Of a DNA stretch of 64,000 nt, positions 48,779-59,309 are shown piece after piece. The DNA is taken from IMG/VR virus record IMGVR_UViG_3300048924_000191, positions 1 through 64,000 of that record; one strand, given 5' to 3'. Made by a program: the position numbers and the translations under genes. The notes below the pieces were generated by a model. It had not been told where the DNA came from and did no database searches. It was given only the letters and a program-made list of their open reading frames with translations. Each line of letters begins with the position of its first letter. Position 1 is the stretch's first letter.

Positions 48779-49315
48779 ATGGCCACTGATTACACCCTTG
48801 ACGAAGACAGTGTCGTCATCGATTTGATCCGCACGCAGAACCCTGGCCAGGTCCTCACGTCCAGCCTGGTGACGTTCGGCTTCCCCAACGTAAACGTCCC
48901 AAGTCAGCAGTTCCCTCACGATACGCTGATTGTTGCGACGGCAATACCTGGACGCCGATATTCAGGGAGTCAGTCTTTCAACTACAACCGGGTGCCGATT
49001 GCTGAGTTCGTTGACCCCCGACTCCCCAACCAGACCACGTTCGTTATCGCTAATGAACGTACGCTGGCGGACCTGTTGCCTGTGATCAATGAGCGGTACG
49101 ACATCCGTCTGACTGCTGACAAGATCATCAACCATTCGATCCCCAATTTCCAGGATCAGGGAATTGCAGAGTTTGAGGTGGAGCTCGAAATCGCCCCGAA
49201 CTCGAAAGTGTACAAGGACGCAATGGTGATCAAGCTTGTTCCTGAGCTGATCCCGCTGTCGGCTGTTATCAAGAATCGCCAACTCGATGGCCTTACTTAC
49301 CAGCCTCCCGCCTGA
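48779..49315 (+). CDS. virion array protein, domain A
   Basis: FGFP..YSGSQSFNYNR; LADLLPVIN; LDGLTYQPPA. Confidence 0.7.
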   Translation: MATDYTLDEDSVVIDLIRTQNPGQVLTSSLVTFGFPNVNVPSQQFPHDTLIVATAIPGRRYSGSQSFNYNRVPIAEFVDPRLPNQTTFVIANERTLADLLPVINERYDIRLTADKIINHSIPNFQDQGIAEFEVELEIAPNSKVYKDAMVIKLVPELIPLSAVIKNRQLDGLTYQPPA

Positions 49316-49325
49316 AATTCTATGT
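49315..49325 (+). promoter_or_regulatory. candidate late promoter AAATTCTATGT
   Basis: repeat of the 48741 motif, upstream of a strongly codon-biased gene that has its own terminator. Confidence 0.45.
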
Positions 49326-49372
49326 GACGTCTGTGACTCACTTACCCCACCTTCAACAAGAGAACGGTCCCC

Positions 49373-49918
49373 ATGGCTGACAATCTTACCTTAGAATCGA
49401 AGAAGGTTCTTTGCGACATGATCAACCGCAACAACGTGGAGTCCGGCTCCTCGTTGACGCCTGAGTTGGTGGATTTCGGTATCCCCTCTCAGTCGAACGA
49501 TGCGAAGAATACCGACATCACCGTTATTGCAAAATCCGGCTCTGGTTACACCGGTCAGGAAGTCATCAACTACAACCGCCTGCACCTGACCACCGAAATC
49601 GGTAACCCGTACGTGGCCTCGGCGGTTGGTCGTAACCTGATCTTCCCGATCGGTGAAGCGCTCAAGATCGCAGACATCGTTCCGGCCATCAACGCTCGTC
49701 TGGCCATCAACCTGCAAGCGGCTGACTTCACCGACGGCGATCTGCCTGAGTTCACCGGCACGCCGAACGAGATCCTGGACGTCCAGCTGTTGGTAAAGGC
49801 TGACTCGCTCTGCTACCGCGGCAGCTTGACCTTCCAACTCAAGGCCGAAGACATCCTGCTGTCGACCGTCATCGTGAACAAAGTGATGGATGGCCTGACC
49901 TACCAGCCTCCTGCTTGA
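49373..49918 (+). CDS. virion array protein, domain A (probably abundant subunit)
   Basis: FGIP..YTGQEVINYNR; SLCYRG; MDGLTYQPPA. Confidence 0.72.
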   Translation: MADNLTLESKKVLCDMINRNNVESGSSLTPELVDFGIPSQSNDAKNTDITVIAKSGSGYTGQEVINYNRLHLTTEIGNPYVASAVGRNLIFPIGEALKIADIVPAINARLAINLQAADFTDGDLPEFTGTPNEILDVQLLVKADSLCYRGSLTFQLKAEDILLSTVIVNKVMDGLTYQPPA

Positions 49919-49946
49919 TTTCACCCCGATCAGACATAAAGCACAC

Positions 49947-49979
49947 AGACGAGGGGTGGGTTAACCCCACCCCTCGTCT
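49947..49979 (+). terminator. 14-bp hairpin (terminator or processing site)
   Basis: AGACGAGGGGTGGG-ttaac-CCCACCCCTCGTCT. Confidence 0.6.
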
Positions 49980-50005
49980 ATTCTGCCCGATCTAGGAGAC
50001 GCAAC

Positions 50006-50803
50006 ATGTTTCTACTACCTGGCGGAGCGGAGAAAGCTCTGACTGATGCCATTCACGCAGCCAACCCGCTCGCCGGTGACGTGCATGTCGATGACCTGTA
50101 CTTCGGCCTGATCACCAAATCGGCTGACCAGTCGGGTGCTGTAGAAGTACCTGTAGTGGCGATGTACAACAGCGACTTCGAAGGCTACATCCGCTTCAAA
50201 TACGACCGTCTCGATCTGGGGCGTGCGTACCAGGGGATCAAACCTCAAGTCAAGCGTGTGGGTTATCCTACACTCTATCGACTGTTACCCATCATCAACG
50301 AAACGCTGGGTCTGTCACTGACTGAGCGTGACGTGGTCGACGTGGCCATTACCTGGTTGGGTGAGAACGAGCAGGTGAACATCCCTATCGTCTCCAAACC
50401 TGACTCGCTGGGTTACGAGGGACAGTTCCTTGTTGAATACACTCGGGTACGTCCGGAGTTGGCTTCGATTGCCAACCGAATCCTCGATGTGTTGAAACAT
50501 CCGTTGGACCCGAAGTTGGGACAACGTTCGATGTCGATGAACACTTGGGGGATCGACTTCACTGACGATCAAGCGTCCCTGTTGACTAACGCAGGTGCTT
50601 GGCGTTATCCCGATCAAGTACGCAAGGTGATGGAAGGTCATGGGTTCTTCAACTGGCCTCAAGCACCTTGGTACTCCCTGATCGTTTCGGCTACGTCGGA
50701 TATCCCCACTGCCAACAAGGAATACACGCACGTTATCATTCAACCGAACGTGTCGTACCCGAATCACATTGGCGACGCTTACTTCCACTATAACCGGTCA
50801 TAA
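50006..50803 (+). CDS. virion array protein, domain A plus HYN domain
   Basis: FKYDRLDL; SLGYEG; ends YFHYN. Confidence 0.7.
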   Translation: MFLLPGGAEKALTDAIHAANPLAGDVHVDDLYFGLITKSADQSGAVEVPVVAMYNSDFEGYIRFKYDRLDLGRAYQGIKPQVKRVGYPTLYRLLPIINETLGLSLTERDVVDVAITWLGENEQVNIPIVSKPDSLGYEGQFLVEYTRVRPELASIANRILDVLKHPLDPKLGQRSMSMNTWGIDFTDDQASLLTNAGAWRYPDQVRKVMEGHGFFNWPQAPWYSLIVSATSDIPTANKEYTHVIIQPNVSYPNHIGDAYFHYNRS

Positions 50804-50815
50804 AGAGGGCTCGAT

Positions 50816-51649
50816 ATGAGCTTGTACCCTGATCCGCTAGAAGCCGTGGTAGAGTCCATCGAGACTCTCAACCCTGGCGTACAGCTGGCCGTAAACGAAT
50901 ACAACTTCGATCCTTCGATGGCGATTCCGGAAGAGGCTTCGGGTGTCAACACCCAGATCCATATCTCGGCCAAAGGTGCATCCACTCCATACGCCGGCGC
51001 TGTGGACATCAAACACATCCGCCTCAAGCTGTCTGACCTGACTACGCTGATCCCGTCAGAGATTGCCGTGAGTGGTATCACTACTACTCTTGATCTGGCG
51101 TTGGCGATCAACAAGTTCTACGGCACCAACTTCACCACTGCGGATATCGTGACCAGCGATGCTGAGTTGGTAGATGGCGCTGGCGATGTCACCCTGGTAG
51201 CTAAGGCCACTTCGCGTGGCTGGATCGGCCAGGTAACGTTCCATGTGACGAAGGGACGGATTCCTCTCACCGACGTCATTACTGTGACGCGTTTGCCCGG
51301 ACTCAACTACCCAGACCCGTACGAAGCCAAGCCTTTCGGTATTGCGTATACCTACTGGCGCGATTACTCCCTACAGCACGCTATCCTGGACGTTCTCCAG
51401 ACAGGTGCACAAGGAGACCTCGAAGCGGTCAAAGACGCCATGGTCAACACCACAGGCGATGCCTGGGTCACTACCGGCTCTAGCCGTTACTCTCTCGAGG
51501 GTGCGGAGATCCTTTACGTCGGCGATACCGCGGGCTATCCAGAGTTCAATCAGAACTACGAGAAAGGCGTCGTGGTTAAATTGAGTGCAGCCTGTCTGGG
51601 TTATTCCGGTCGTCTTTTCCTGCACTACAATCTGCCAGAAGTCCTCTAA
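50816..51649 (+). CDS. virion array protein, domain A plus HYN domain
   Basis: SRGWIG; LTDVITVTRLPGL; LFLHYN. Confidence 0.7.
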   Translation: MSLYPDPLEAVVESIETLNPGVQLAVNEYNFDPSMAIPEEASGVNTQIHISAKGASTPYAGAVDIKHIRLKLSDLTTLIPSEIAVSGITTTLDLALAINKFYGTNFTTADIVTSDAELVDGAGDVTLVAKATSRGWIGQVTFHVTKGRIPLTDVITVTRLPGLNYPDPYEAKPFGIAYTYWRDYSLQHAILDVLQTGAQGDLEAVKDAMVNTTGDAWVTTGSSRYSLEGAEILYVGDTAGYPEFNQNYEKGVVVKLSAACLGYSGRLFLHYNLPEVL

Positions 51650-51657
51650 GGAGATAG

Positions 51658-52440
51658 GTGATGGATAGCGGTGACAAGATCCGCGAGCTTATCAACCTCG
51701 CCAATGACCCTCCGAAGTTATTCACAACGCGTAACCTTCGTCTCGATGTTCCAGTCCCCGATGCGGGTGATGGTTGGAACACCAAGATGGAAGTGGAAGG
51801 TATCCCAGGCCGTGGTTATTACGGCACTGAGGAGATCTACTACAAGCGCATCCCGCTCGAACTGGTAGAACGTTCCACTCCGCTGCGTTCGATCGCTCCA
51901 CTGACGCCACAGCTCGTCCTGGACCTGTTCAACGGTGCTACCGGCCTGTACATCACACTGGAAGATGTCGAACCCTTCACGCCTCCTCAATTGGAGGACG
52001 GTGATTCGGGACAAGTCGACATCGTAGCAGTTCCATTGTCGATGGGCTTTACTGGTACTGCGACGATCCTGCTGGAGTACGGTAAGGCTTGGTTGGATAC
52101 GGTCGTTTCCGTTCGCGTGCTGCCGGTGCTGAAACATCCGATCGTCGTATTGAATCGGATGTCTACAAGGATGTTGACGTGGGGTATGGACTTCACTTCA
52201 CTGCGCGACGCCATCCGGCCTGACAGTAAAGGTGATTACTCCAACTGGGACGCTCTCCAAGCCGCTTGCGTGGAGCTGAACATCCCGACCTGGATGAAGA
52301 ACAAGATCACCGACCAACCGACGTCAGCGGTGCCTGACAGCAACCAACTGTTTGACCGTGTAGTGATTCAGGCAAGCGTATCCAGTGAAGGAATGGATGG
52401 CAAGGTCTACCTGCACTACAACAACCTGGAAGAGGTTTAA
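51658..52440 (+). CDS. virion array protein, domain A plus HYN domain
   Basis: YYGTEEIYYKR; SMGFTG; VYLHYN. Confidence 0.7.
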   Translation: MMDSGDKIRELINLANDPPKLFTTRNLRLDVPVPDAGDGWNTKMEVEGIPGRGYYGTEEIYYKRIPLELVERSTPLRSIAPLTPQLVLDLFNGATGLYITLEDVEPFTPPQLEDGDSGQVDIVAVPLSMGFTGTATILLEYGKAWLDTVVSVRVLPVLKHPIVVLNRMSTRMLTWGMDFTSLRDAIRPDSKGDYSNWDALQAACVELNIPTWMKNKITDQPTSAVPDSNQLFDRVVIQASVSSEGMDGKVYLHYNNLEEV

Positions 52441-52442
52441 CC

Positions 52443-53390
52443 ATGCCACTATTCACCAAGCCGTCTCAAGCCTTGGTTTATGACCTCATCAATGAGGCGA
52501 ACCCGGACCTTCCGATCGTGCTCTCGCCAGCTAACTTTAAGTTGGGTGCCCCAGCCGCTGGTACGGTGCCTGGCCGTCCTGAGCTGAACACGGTAGTAAC
52601 CGGCTCGGCTATCGGTACCGACTACATTGGTCGTAAACCGCTCAACTACCAACGCCTCTCGCTCAACAGCCTGTTCCGTGGGATGGTGGTGCAGATCAAC
52701 AAGTATTCGGCTAACCAGAACTCTGGCTCGTCGGGTGCTATCGTATTCACCCTGTATCAGCTCCTGCCGATCATCAACACGCTGTACGGCATGAACCTCA
52801 CTGAAGACGACGTGACCAACGTCAACATCACGCGGGGTACGGCGCAAGAGAACGGTTTCTACACCTCGACCGTGACCGTGAATGCCAAGGCGACCTCGCT
52901 GGGCTACATCGGTTCGTTCGCACTGAAATGGCGCGGCGCTCCACAAGACCTCGAGTCGATGATCACCGTGACCGATCTCGCTGCTCGTCTGTTCCCAGGC
53001 GGTAACACCTTCGATGGCACTCACCCAGTCGTTGTCAACAACATGGCGTACAACATCGATTGGACGTCGTTCATCGCTACTGCACCGTGGGGTAACTTCC
53101 CAGGTAACCCAGTGGCTGGTAACGATACCCCAGCGTTCGGTAACCGGTTCATCGCAGAACTCAACCGTCTGTACGGTAAGGGTCTGGTGGGTTCGGTCAA
53201 CAACGCGCCTGCATACGCTTACATGGATTGGGGCGGTGTCGTATACGACCTCAGCACTCAAGCCGGTCGAGACGCCTGCCCTCTGGCTAACTCCAAGTAC
53301 TACAACCGTGTGCTGGTCTGGACTATCCCAGATTACGACACCGCGCGTGGTTCGGGTATCGGCCAACACTTCATCCACTTCAACGTCTGA
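52443..53390 (+). CDS. virion array protein, domain A plus HFN domain
   Basis: LVYDLINEAN; YQRLSL; SLGYIG; ANSKYYNRV; FIHFN. Confidence 0.7.
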   Translation: MPLFTKPSQALVYDLINEANPDLPIVLSPANFKLGAPAAGTVPGRPELNTVVTGSAIGTDYIGRKPLNYQRLSLNSLFRGMVVQINKYSANQNSGSSGAIVFTLYQLLPIINTLYGMNLTEDDVTNVNITRGTAQENGFYTSTVTVNAKATSLGYIGSFALKWRGAPQDLESMITVTDLAARLFPGGNTFDGTHPVVVNNMAYNIDWTSFIATAPWGNFPGNPVAGNDTPAFGNRFIAELNRLYGKGLVGSVNNAPAYAYMDWGGVVYDLSTQAGRDACPLANSKYYNRVLVWTIPDYDTARGSGIGQHFIHFNV

Positions 53391-53401
53391 GGATAGACTC
53401 C

Positions 53402-54274
53402 ATGGCGTACATGACTCAGTCACTCCCCGACGTCCTGGCGGCTATCAACGCCGCCAACTCGACGACGTACAAGGTCACCGAAATCGACTTCGGCGCACCT
53501 CAAGCGTTGTCGGGTACGTGGAAGGGGCAAGCAACATCCCGCAACACCGGTATCCGCATCACCGCCAAGGCCGGCAGTCCGTATCAGGGCAAACGCGATC
53601 TGACCTACGATCGACTGAACTTGGGTTCGCTGAATGCAACTAACCTCCCGGGGTTCAAGTGCTCGGCGTACAATGTCACCACCGTCTACACATTGCTGCC
53701 GATGTTGCAGTACTGGACCGGTATCCAGTTCACCACCGACGATCTGGAAGACGCGCCGCTGGTAGACAATGGTGACGATACCCATTCCGTCACTCTGACG
53801 GCCAAGACCACCAGCCTGGGCTGGATCGGTACCGCGCCACTGACCATCACCAAGGGCGCTGCCCCGCTGGATGCGTTGATCACAGTGACCTCGCTGAACG
53901 GTTTGAACTACCCAACCGCCAGTGATCAGGACACTTACGGTGCGATGTACCTGTACCCGTACGATTACACCAACTACTTCAGCACGCTGTCCCCAATCGC
54001 ACCAGGTACCCTCACCAGCACGCAAGCAGATGCCCTCGTGGCCATGCTCCTGGCTACCGACATCGGCGCCGGCAAGGCGCTGTGGGCGAACAACCCTGGT
54101 GCGACGGCGTGGAACCTGGCGAACGCAACGGTGGTCAGCAACGGTCTCAACAACCCGACCCTGCCAACCAACCCATCGTACAAATACGTGATGGGTCTGC
54201 GCCTCGATCCGGCTGTGTTGACTCCTGCGGGTCTGATGTACCTCCACTACAACGATCCATTCGACGCGTCGTAA
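53402..54274 (+). CDS. virion array protein, domain A plus HYN domain
   Basis: YDRLNL; SLGWIG; LDALITVTSLNGL; MYLHYN. Confidence 0.7.
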   Translation: MAYMTQSLPDVLAAINAANSTTYKVTEIDFGAPQALSGTWKGQATSRNTGIRITAKAGSPYQGKRDLTYDRLNLGSLNATNLPGFKCSAYNVTTVYTLLPMLQYWTGIQFTTDDLEDAPLVDNGDDTHSVTLTAKTTSLGWIGTAPLTITKGAAPLDALITVTSLNGLNYPTASDQDTYGAMYLYPYDYTNYFSTLSPIAPGTLTSTQADALVAMLLATDIGAGKALWANNPGATAWNLANATVVSNGLNNPTLPTNPSYKYVMGLRLDPAVLTPAGLMYLHYNDPFDAS

Positions 54275-54281
54275 GGGGTCA

Positions 54282-54309
54282 TAGACGAGCGCCGGTGGGC
54301 GCTCGTCTA
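54282..54309 (+). terminator. 12-bp hairpin at the boundary of two array sub-blocks
   Basis: TAGACGAGCGCC-ggtg-GGCGCTCGTCTA. Confidence 0.55.
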
Positions 54310-54331
54310 CTAACCAATTGGGAGATTATCC

Positions 54332-55357
54332 ATGCTTCGCGCCATCTTCGGTTTCGACCACATCGCAAAGAACGTGAGCGACACGTGGCTGCCAAACTGC
54401 GGTTATGTTTTTAGCAAGACCGCCTCAGGCACCAACCGTGGGGTCATCATTACACCTGACGGATCGTTGGCTGCGACACCCTCTACCGGCAACACGCCGT
54501 ACGTTCAGGTGTTCCACGATCTGTCCAAACACCTGGTTGCGCCTGTTAGCACATTCACCATCGGTATCCGCGCTAAACAGTTGGCGTTAGGCAATAGTGG
54601 TGGTTTCCTATACCTAGCCGCTGAGGCAGTCCCTACCTCGTTCATGTTGCTGTTGAACTTTCAGCAATTGACGAATATCGGCGTTGTGGGTGGCGAGAAC
54701 TATATTGAGATCACATTCGATCTGATAGCAGCTACCGCCACCTACTACATCGACGACGTGTTCTTTACCAGCATCTCCATCAACACGATCTCGTTGGCTA
54801 ACCTAAGAGCCGGCATCGTCCAGGTGGTCTACACGCTGAGCTACCCGGCCAACGTGGCGGGTATCACGGCAGTGCGTGACATCTACCTGACCGACAACTA
54901 TCCAGGTGATGGTTACGTGGGTCGTCTGGGTCCTCGCAAGATATTCCCTGTTACGCTTGACAGCGCCTCAGGAACTGATTGGACCACCAGCGATGGGTCT
55001 GGGCTTCTGACTGCTCTAAACGTCCCTATCGAGACGGCTGGAGCTGCTACCATGACCTCCGGCGTCAGCAAGGCACCACTGGTGGTGGGATTGAACCCAG
55101 GGTCTCTACCAGCGAACGCCAACGTCGATGGCGTATTCGTCATGATGGCCGGTAAGGTAGATCAGGCCGGCGCACTGACAGGTCTCTCGGCAACCAACGG
55201 CGGGAAGACCATTCTCGCTCAGTCGAAGGCGATCGGCACGGCGTTCAAGTACGGCAACCCATTCGGTGTGTTCACCCGCGCCCCTAATGGCAGTCGCTGG
55301 ACTGCTGCTTCCATCGACGCGACCACGCTCTCATTGACTCCAGACGTAGCGAGTTAA
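54332..55357 (+). CDS. virion array protein, family B (lectin/LamG-like beta-sandwich head)
   Basis: MLRAIFGFDH; YIEITFD; RDIY..D..G.LGP; APNG..WT..IDAT. Confidence 0.65.
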   Translation: MLRAIFGFDHIAKNVSDTWLPNCGYVFSKTASGTNRGVIITPDGSLAATPSTGNTPYVQVFHDLSKHLVAPVSTFTIGIRAKQLALGNSGGFLYLAAEAVPTSFMLLLNFQQLTNIGVVGGENYIEITFDLIAATATYYIDDVFFTSISINTISLANLRAGIVQVVYTLSYPANVAGITAVRDIYLTDNYPGDGYVGRLGPRKIFPVTLDSASGTDWTTSDGSGLLTALNVPIETAGAATMTSGVSKAPLVVGLNPGSLPANANVDGVFVMMAGKVDQAGALTGLSATNGGKTILAQSKAIGTAFKYGNPFGVFTRAPNGSRWTAASIDATTLSLTPDVAS

Positions 55358-55360
55358 GCC

Positions 55361-56377
55361 ATGTCATTAACCGTACGGGCAGTGCAAGCTTACGCGCTCG
55401 GTAAACCACTGGCAGCTTCCACGGTTCGGTCGATCACCGCTTATGCGCTGGTTGATACGAACCCGGTGGTTCCTGGTCCACCGGCGCCTACTGATTACAA
55501 GGCCGATCAGATCGACATCTTGTACGATCTGATCGAGAAGAGTAACCCGGGTTTCAAAGCGCAATATCCGAAAGGTACCGTGCAGTTCAGTGCGGTGACG
55601 GCGGTTCCCACGGTACCTGGGGATGGGTACAAGACCGATACGTCGATCTTGGTGTCTCCGGCACCTGGTAGTTCGGCACTGGGTCGTCAGACGGTTCGTT
55701 ATCGCCGTATCGATTTCGGTACCATCTTCAAGCACATGACGCTGACCCTGAACGATTACGTCGCTTCAGGTACGTTGTCAGCGGCGACGTGGAAAGCTTC
55801 GTTTGCCTCGAAGTTTGGGATCAAGATTCCTGCTGCAGACATTGCCAACACGACAGCGCTGACTAGCGGTGTGTTGACCAACATCAACGTGATCGCCACC
55901 AGCTGGTGCTATAAAGGTACTGTGCAGTTGACGTGGACGGTAGGACCTCGTCCTTTCACCTCCATCGTCACGGATGCAAACCGTGCGCTGGTTGGGCGGT
56001 TTTACCCAGGCAATAACAACGACTTCACCACCCCCGGCCGTAAACCGCAGGGTGAGATGTTGGTCTACTGTCAGGACGCCAGTGTTATCTCGTCGTTCCT
56101 GGAAGCGTTCACTAGCGCTTCTGTTCTCGCCTCGTCCCACAGCACAGTTATCAACTTGGTTAACTGGCTGCTGGCTAACACGAAGCGCACGGATTGGAAC
56201 GTCGGTGATTCCTCCTCTGGATCAGGTGGTGTAACCGGACTGACCTGGTATCGGTACACGCTGCCCAATGCCGCTATCCCAGATGCCAACTCCGCCAAGT
56301 ACAACCGTTGTGTCGTCTTGCAAAGCGTGGCCGGTAGTTGGTTCGCTGGCAAGATCATCATCCACTACAACGTGTAG
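55361..56377 (+). CDS. virion array adaptor: two N-terminal strand repeats, domain A, HYN domain
   Basis: TVRAVQAYAL/TVRSITAYAL at 17-aa spacing, Pro linker, YRRIDF, IIHYN. Confidence 0.7.
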   Translation: MSLTVRAVQAYALGKPLAASTVRSITAYALVDTNPVVPGPPAPTDYKADQIDILYDLIEKSNPGFKAQYPKGTVQFSAVTAVPTVPGDGYKTDTSILVSPAPGSSALGRQTVRYRRIDFGTIFKHMTLTLNDYVASGTLSAATWKASFASKFGIKIPAADIANTTALTSGVLTNINVIATSWCYKGTVQLTWTVGPRPFTSIVTDANRALVGRFYPGNNNDFTTPGRKPQGEMLVYCQDASVISSFLEAFTSASVLASSHSTVINLVNWLLANTKRTDWNVGDSSSGSGGVTGLTWYRYTLPNAAIPDANSAKYNRCVVLQSVAGSWFAGKIIIHYNV

Positions 56378-56385
56378 GGTCCGTC

Positions 56386-56880
56386 ATGGGTATTTTCGTA
56401 TCAAGCCAGGCGGACTTGATTGCGATGATCAACGTTGCGAGCGGTGTCAACTTCACCGCTTCCGACTTGGTCTTCGGCAAACCAAGAGCCGCTACCTCCG
56501 CTGAGATCACTCAGTTCGGAAAGAACAGCGCTGTCGCTGTGCGGGCCTCCGATACCACGACGTTGGTGGCCGGATTCACGACCTTCTTCTACGACCGACT
56601 GGATCTGAAGACGCTAGAGCTCTTTGACTTGACCACATGCTTCTGTGCAGACGGACTGGCCAAAGACGCGTGGTTGGGTACCGTCATCGGTTACCTCAAC
56701 GTCCCGTTCACGCCGACACATCTGGTCGAACACAGCTCGACTACGGTGAACGGTAAAGTGAATGTCCAACTGGAAGCCACGACCGATAGCCTGGGTTGGT
56801 TCGGCACAGGGACGTTGGTGTTCGGTGGTTATCCAGATATCTCGACAGCCTTCACTGACAACAAATTGACAGGCTTCTAA
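56386..56880 (+). CDS. virion array protein, domain A only
   Basis: LIAMIN..LVFGKP; FYDRLDL; SLGWFG; ISTAFTDNKLTGF. Confidence 0.7.
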   Translation: MGIFVSSQADLIAMINVASGVNFTASDLVFGKPRAATSAEITQFGKNSAVAVRASDTTTLVAGFTTFFYDRLDLKTLELFDLTTCFCADGLAKDAWLGTVIGYLNVPFTPTHLVEHSSTTVNGKVNVQLEATTDSLGWFGTGTLVFGGYPDISTAFTDNKLTGF

Positions 56881-56895
56881 GCCGAGGAATCGATC

Positions 56896-57273
56896 ATGAA
56901 TGATTGGCCGAACTACCTGATCCGTCAGGACTTCACCGAACCAGGTGAGGTGCTGAGTGTGATCCCGCTGGGCCTACTCAACGAGGCGGATCAGCGACTG
57001 ATGGCCCAAGTGCTGTCTGAGTACGCACCGCAAGTCGATAAAGACAAGTGGAACATGGACGAGCACGGCACGGAATATAGCCTGAATGGCGCTGAGGTCA
57101 TCTACAACGGTCTCAACCATCGCGACCTGCCAACCTTCAGCACGTACAAGTACGCCCTCGGGTTGCGCTTCCCAGAACGTTCTACGGCACCCGTAGGTAC
57201 TATCTTCCTGTGCTGGCATGAGCCGGTGGAGGAAGAGCCAGTTGCTGAAACACCACCTGTGAGTGAGGAGTGA
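56896..57273 (+). CDS. stand-alone HYN-type domain
   Basis: aligns with the C-terminal half of 53402 (NGLN..LPT..YKY..GLR); GAGGA RBS. Confidence 0.65.
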   Translation: MNDWPNYLIRQDFTEPGEVLSVIPLGLLNEADQRLMAQVLSEYAPQVDKDKWNMDEHGTEYSLNGAEVIYNGLNHRDLPTFSTYKYALGLRFPERSTAPVGTIFLCWHEPVEEEPVAETPPVSEE

Positions 57274-57277
57274 TCTC

Positions 57278-58312
57278 ATGCTTCGTGCAATGTACGGTTT
57301 TGATCACTGTGTCAGAACTCCAGCACCTGCCGTTGGTGCTGTGAACAACCCTTCGGTAGGTTTCGGTTACGCCAATGCCACACTGCTGAACCCTACCCTC
57401 ATGGCGGTGGACAGTAACGGTTTTCTTGGCGGTTACTCCTCAGCTCAGAACGTCAACCTGGCGTTCGACATGACGGGTCTGATTCCACCTAACCCGACCA
57501 AGGTCACGTTCGGTTGGCGTGTAAAGACCCTCCAAGTCTACGGCGCTGCTCACGCGATGATCTCGTTCTCGGTCCCAGGTACGCCTAACGATACGACTGC
57601 GTACATCATCCAGATGGCAGCAGCCAACGCCCCGTGGCTGCCAACGGTAGGTAACGAGGTCTACGTCGAGCTGACTTACGACTTCGTGACGTTCACGCCT
57701 ACCCTCACAGTCAACGGCGTCCCTGTGACTGCTACGATCGGTAGCGCTCCTAACACCGCTCAGAAGGCTGCGTTCGTGTCGGGTGCCTGGACGATCAACT
57801 TCACGCTCGCCAACACCGTGAACGCCCGTTATGCCTACCGCGACATCTACATCGTCGATGCGGTGGCGGGTGACGGCATGGTGGGTCCGCTCGGTCCTCA
57901 GAAGCTGTTTCCAATCACCTTGGACGCCGCAGCAGGGGCTGGCTGGACACCTTCGTCTGGTACGCTGTTGGATGTGTTGAACGCTGCCTTGCCAGCTAAC
58001 CCAACTGCCACTTCGCCAAGCGACAAGACTCCATTGGTCACCAGCCTTAAGACCAGTGCTCCTGAAGGTAGTCGTGTCACTGCGGTGAGTCTGTCGTTGT
58101 CGGGGACCAGTAGTGGTGACGGGGCATCGACCAGTAAGGTTGAGATCACCCAAAACAGTCAGAGCTTCTCACCGAAGTTTCCCGTCGTGGCGAAGACTAC
58201 CACCTACGGTGCGCCAATCGGGATCTTCCCGAAAGCGCCTGATGGCACCTCGTGGGATCTGGCAAAAATCGATGCGACCACCCTCAAGCTGACCCCTGAC
58301 ACCGCCGCCTGA
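57278..58312 (+). CDS. virion array protein, family B
   Basis: MLRAMYGFDH from ATG 57278 behind GAGGAG; YVELTYD; RDIYIVD; GPLGP; APDG..W..IDAT. Confidence 0.65.
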   Translation: MLRAMYGFDHCVRTPAPAVGAVNNPSVGFGYANATLLNPTLMAVDSNGFLGGYSSAQNVNLAFDMTGLIPPNPTKVTFGWRVKTLQVYGAAHAMISFSVPGTPNDTTAYIIQMAAANAPWLPTVGNEVYVELTYDFVTFTPTLTVNGVPVTATIGSAPNTAQKAAFVSGAWTINFTLANTVNARYAYRDIYIVDAVAGDGMVGPLGPQKLFPITLDAAAGAGWTPSSGTLLDVLNAALPANPTATSPSDKTPLVTSLKTSAPEGSRVTAVSLSLSGTSSGDGASTSKVEITQNSQSFSPKFPVVAKTTTYGAPIGIFPKAPDGTSWDLAKIDATTLKLTPDTAA

Positions 58313-58329
58313 TTCGAGGATTTATCATC

Positions 58330-59298
58330 ATGGCAGTTAGAGCAATTATCGGGTTCGACCACCTGCCGCAGAACGACACGAGCTGGATTAACTACGCCAG
58401 CCACGACATGACGCGCGCCGCAGACTTGTCGGCCCAAAACACCATCGTCAACGGATGGCTGGTCAGTAACGCTACTGCATCGGGCGCTGAGCGCGTAACC
58501 ATTCCTCTCGACAAATACCTGGTCGCTCCGGTAGCCAAGATCTGGTTCGGTATCCGCTGCCGTTCTACTCTCAACGCGCGTGGCGGTGCAGGCATCATCT
58601 ACCTGAACGGCACCTACGTGTTGTTGGATACGTTGATCGGCGTCACGGGTACTACCACGTACCTTGAGTTCTCCTACGACGTTGCCAGTGGTGCTGTAGA
58701 ACGTTGGATCAATGGCGTCAAACAGGCTAACGGTACCAGTCCTGGTGCAGGTCTGCGTAACCTCACGTTCGGCTTGGAAGCCAAGGGTAGTCTCAACGGT
58801 CGATACGACTGGCGTGATATCTACGTCGTCGATGATCAGGGAGCTGCACAAGGTTTGCCGGTAGGTCCTCTTGGCGCTCAGGTGACTTACCCCATCACTT
58901 TGGATGCGGCTTCGGCTTCGGACTGGACCACCACTCCGAGTGGTGCCACCCTGCTCGAAGCGTTGAACGAGCCTGGTGCGGTCCCTACGGCTAAAATCGC
59001 AACGTCGGCTTCCAACGCTCCTCTGACGGTGAGTCTCAAGTCCTCAATGCCTGCGGGTGTCGTGGTCAATGCCATCGAACTCATGGGCGGTGGTCGTTCG
59101 ACCACGACCAGTACGGCGAAAGTCGCGGCGAAGATCTCGACGGGCGGTACGGATGTTGCAGGTCTGACGCCCGTTGCGCCGATCACCAACTATGCGTACA
59201 GTCTTGGGTTCGGTGTGTTCCACAAGGCTCCGAATGGCACCCCGTGGACCAATACCAACATCGACGCTACGGATCTTGTCCTGACGCCTGATGTTTAA
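58330..59298 (+). CDS. virion array protein, family B
   Basis: MAVRAIIGFDH; YLEFSYD; RDIYVVD; GPLG; APNG..WT..IDAT. Confidence 0.65.
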   Translation: MAVRAIIGFDHLPQNDTSWINYASHDMTRAADLSAQNTIVNGWLVSNATASGAERVTIPLDKYLVAPVAKIWFGIRCRSTLNARGGAGIIYLNGTYVLLDTLIGVTGTTTYLEFSYDVASGAVERWINGVKQANGTSPGAGLRNLTFGLEAKGSLNGRYDWRDIYVVDDQGAAQGLPVGPLGAQVTYPITLDAASASDWTTTPSGATLLEALNEPGAVPTAKIATSASNAPLTVSLKSSMPAGVVVNAIELMGGGRSTTTSTAKVAAKISTGGTDVAGLTPVAPITNYAYSLGFGVFHKAPNGTPWTNTNIDATDLVLTPDV

Positions 59299-59309
59299 GG
59301 GGATTCTCC

